Positions 36,818-37,835 of a stretch of 37,835 nt of DNA are shown here, in pieces. Numbering within the stretch: position 1 is the stretch's first letter; the number at the start of each line of letters is the position of its first letter. Source of the stretch: a virus (Duplodnaviria; Caudoviricetes); the IMG/VR virus record IMGVR_UViG_3300020045_002070, positions 1 through 37,835 of that record; one strand, 5' to 3'. Made by a program: the position numbers and the translations under genes. The notes under the pieces are model-generated. The model ran no database searches and had not been told where the DNA came from. It worked only from the letters and a program-made list of their open reading frames with translations.

Positions 36818-36839
36818 TGGGAGAACAGTGTAATAGGTG

Positions 36840-37391
36840 CTACAGGTCATCCGGGTCATCCGCAGGTAGAGATCGCCCGCGACCGTCAAGCTGGTCTAAC
36901 ACTTGAGCAAGACCAGATGATTTGAGTAAAGCCTCGATCTTCTTGTCAGCCAAGGCTGGCGTAGCTATAGCCTCGTGGAGTAGCGCCTGTTTGTCTAGTA
37001 ACTTTGAATAAGCCGTGACAATGCGCGCCAGGTCTTGAGACGCTCCGTCTCGCCCAGAATCGTATACCTTTAAAGTATCGTCAATGGCTGTCACGACAGA
37101 ATCCTCAATGCTCATCAGTTTAGAGAATTGCTTGATTGCCCGTCGTGTCATTAGCGTGGTGAGGCGCATCCTACCACGTTTATAGTAAGCGTTGACTTCT
37201 TCTTCAGAGGCCTCTTGGCCAGGTAAGAGGACCTGAACCCAAGATTCTTGTTTAACCAGGGCCTCAAGATCCCGAACAAATATACCAAGATCTCGGCAAA
37301 TCTCGGGAACTGATTCACCAACAACCTCGTATCTGAATCGTATCTCTTCTATGTCTACCACAGGGCTCTCCCAGTTAAAAATATTATCCAT
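36840..37391 (-). CDS. putative terminase small subunit
   Basis: N-terminal HTH-like IRFRYEVVGESVPEICRDLGI, helical body; first late gene; the longer ORF start lies upstream of the promoter, so ATG 37391 is preferred. Confidence 0.6.
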   Translation of the reverse strand: MDNIFNWESPVVDIEEIRFRYEVVGESVPEICRDLGIFVRDLEALVKQESWVQVLLPGQEASEEEVNAYYKRGRMRLTTLMTRRAIKQFSKLMSIEDSVVTAIDDTLKVYDSGRDGASQDLARIVTAYSKLLDKQALLHEAIATPALADKKIEALLKSSGLAQVLDQLDGRGRSLPADDPDDL

Positions 37392-37398
37392 TATCACC

Positions 37399-37427
37399 AT
37401 TATAATATGATCCTTCCAAAAAGTACA
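37399..37427 (-). promoter_or_regulatory. sigma70-type late promoter (leaderless)
   Basis: Minus strand TGTACT(37427-37422)-17-TATAAT(37404-37399), then 7 nt to ATG. Confidence 0.75.
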
Positions 37428-37600
37428 CTTATACACTATACATATTTCGTACTAGTTATTAGCTCAAAATTTTGGTAGAAAAAATAGGTCATACTAATAT
37501 ATAGGGAAACCTATAAAACTAAAATTTGAATAGCTTAAACTATCTAGAATTAAGTGTATAAAGAACTTTAAGCAGAATCTTAGTGTAAAAGTGAAACCAT

Positions 37601-37685
37601 AACACTGTAACACAAATACTGTTTAACGCGGTACTATTTAACGCTAATACTATTTAACTATAGTAAAGAAGTACAATACTGTAAA
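37601..37685. repeat. ~15-bp-period imperfect direct repeats
   Basis: AATACTGTTTAACGC, GGTACTATTTAACGC, AATACTATTTAAC plus partial AACACTGTAA and AATACTGTAA. Confidence 0.75.
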
Positions 37686-37795
37686 GTTGAAAACCAATAT
37701 GCGGGTTACGTGTACTTATAGGTTCATCCGGAAAATACCCCTACCCTCACTCCCTCGTGCCCCTCTCACACGTGCGCGCGTTCCATTAAATGCTA

Positions 37796-37835
37796 ACACA
37801 CACACACAGGTGTGTGTGTGTGTGTGTGTGTGTGT
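37796..37835. repeat. (AC)6-AG-(GT)13 dinucleotide repeat/palindrome at right end
   Basis: ACACACACACAC AG GTGTGT... running to the window end. Confidence 0.95.

Noticed and set aside
1-37835. Prophage, protelomerase-based linear plasmid, or alternative genetic code
   Set aside because: No integrase, CI-like repressor, protelomerase, partition genes or host flanks recognised; genes are intact in the standard code and use all three stop codons.

Overview
This window is an apparently complete or near-complete 37.8 kb genome of a short-tailed (podovirus-like) dsDNA phage in two convergent arms. The + arm (374-16797) carries small early genes, an AT-rich repeat-rich putative origin (~2280-2900), and an APSE/BPP-1-type replication module: PrimPol-VirE, DUF2800 nuclease, DUF2815 SSB, family A DNA polymerase, VRR-NUC, ATP ligase and SNF2 helicase. 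It also carries nucleotide-pool enzymes (DUF5664-like, atypical ThyX, all-alpha dNTP pyrophosphatase, dCMP deaminase). The - arm (37391-16798) carries TerS, TerL, DUF5675 endolysin, holin-like genes, portal, scaffold, N4-gp56-type capsid, tail tube/fibre genes and four ejection-type proteins, including a 1475-aa polyvalent protein. I see no integrase, RNA polymerase, methyltransferase, tRNA or CRISPR array. The main unexplained signals are: (1) a genome-wide, frame-independent iterated palindrome CCTGGCCAGG with a C-to-T decay shadow; (2) purine-pyrimidine alternating (Z-DNA-prone) sequence at both ends, which join into one tract; (3) a 31-bp inverted repeat enclosing a wHTH gene between two paralogues; (4) two rrn-like boxA elements; (5) sigma70 promoters placing ATG at the predicted start site; (6) a structured RNA with anti-Shine-Dalgarno loops after terS. 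All family calls come from motif recognition by eye, not database searches, and all counts are manual.
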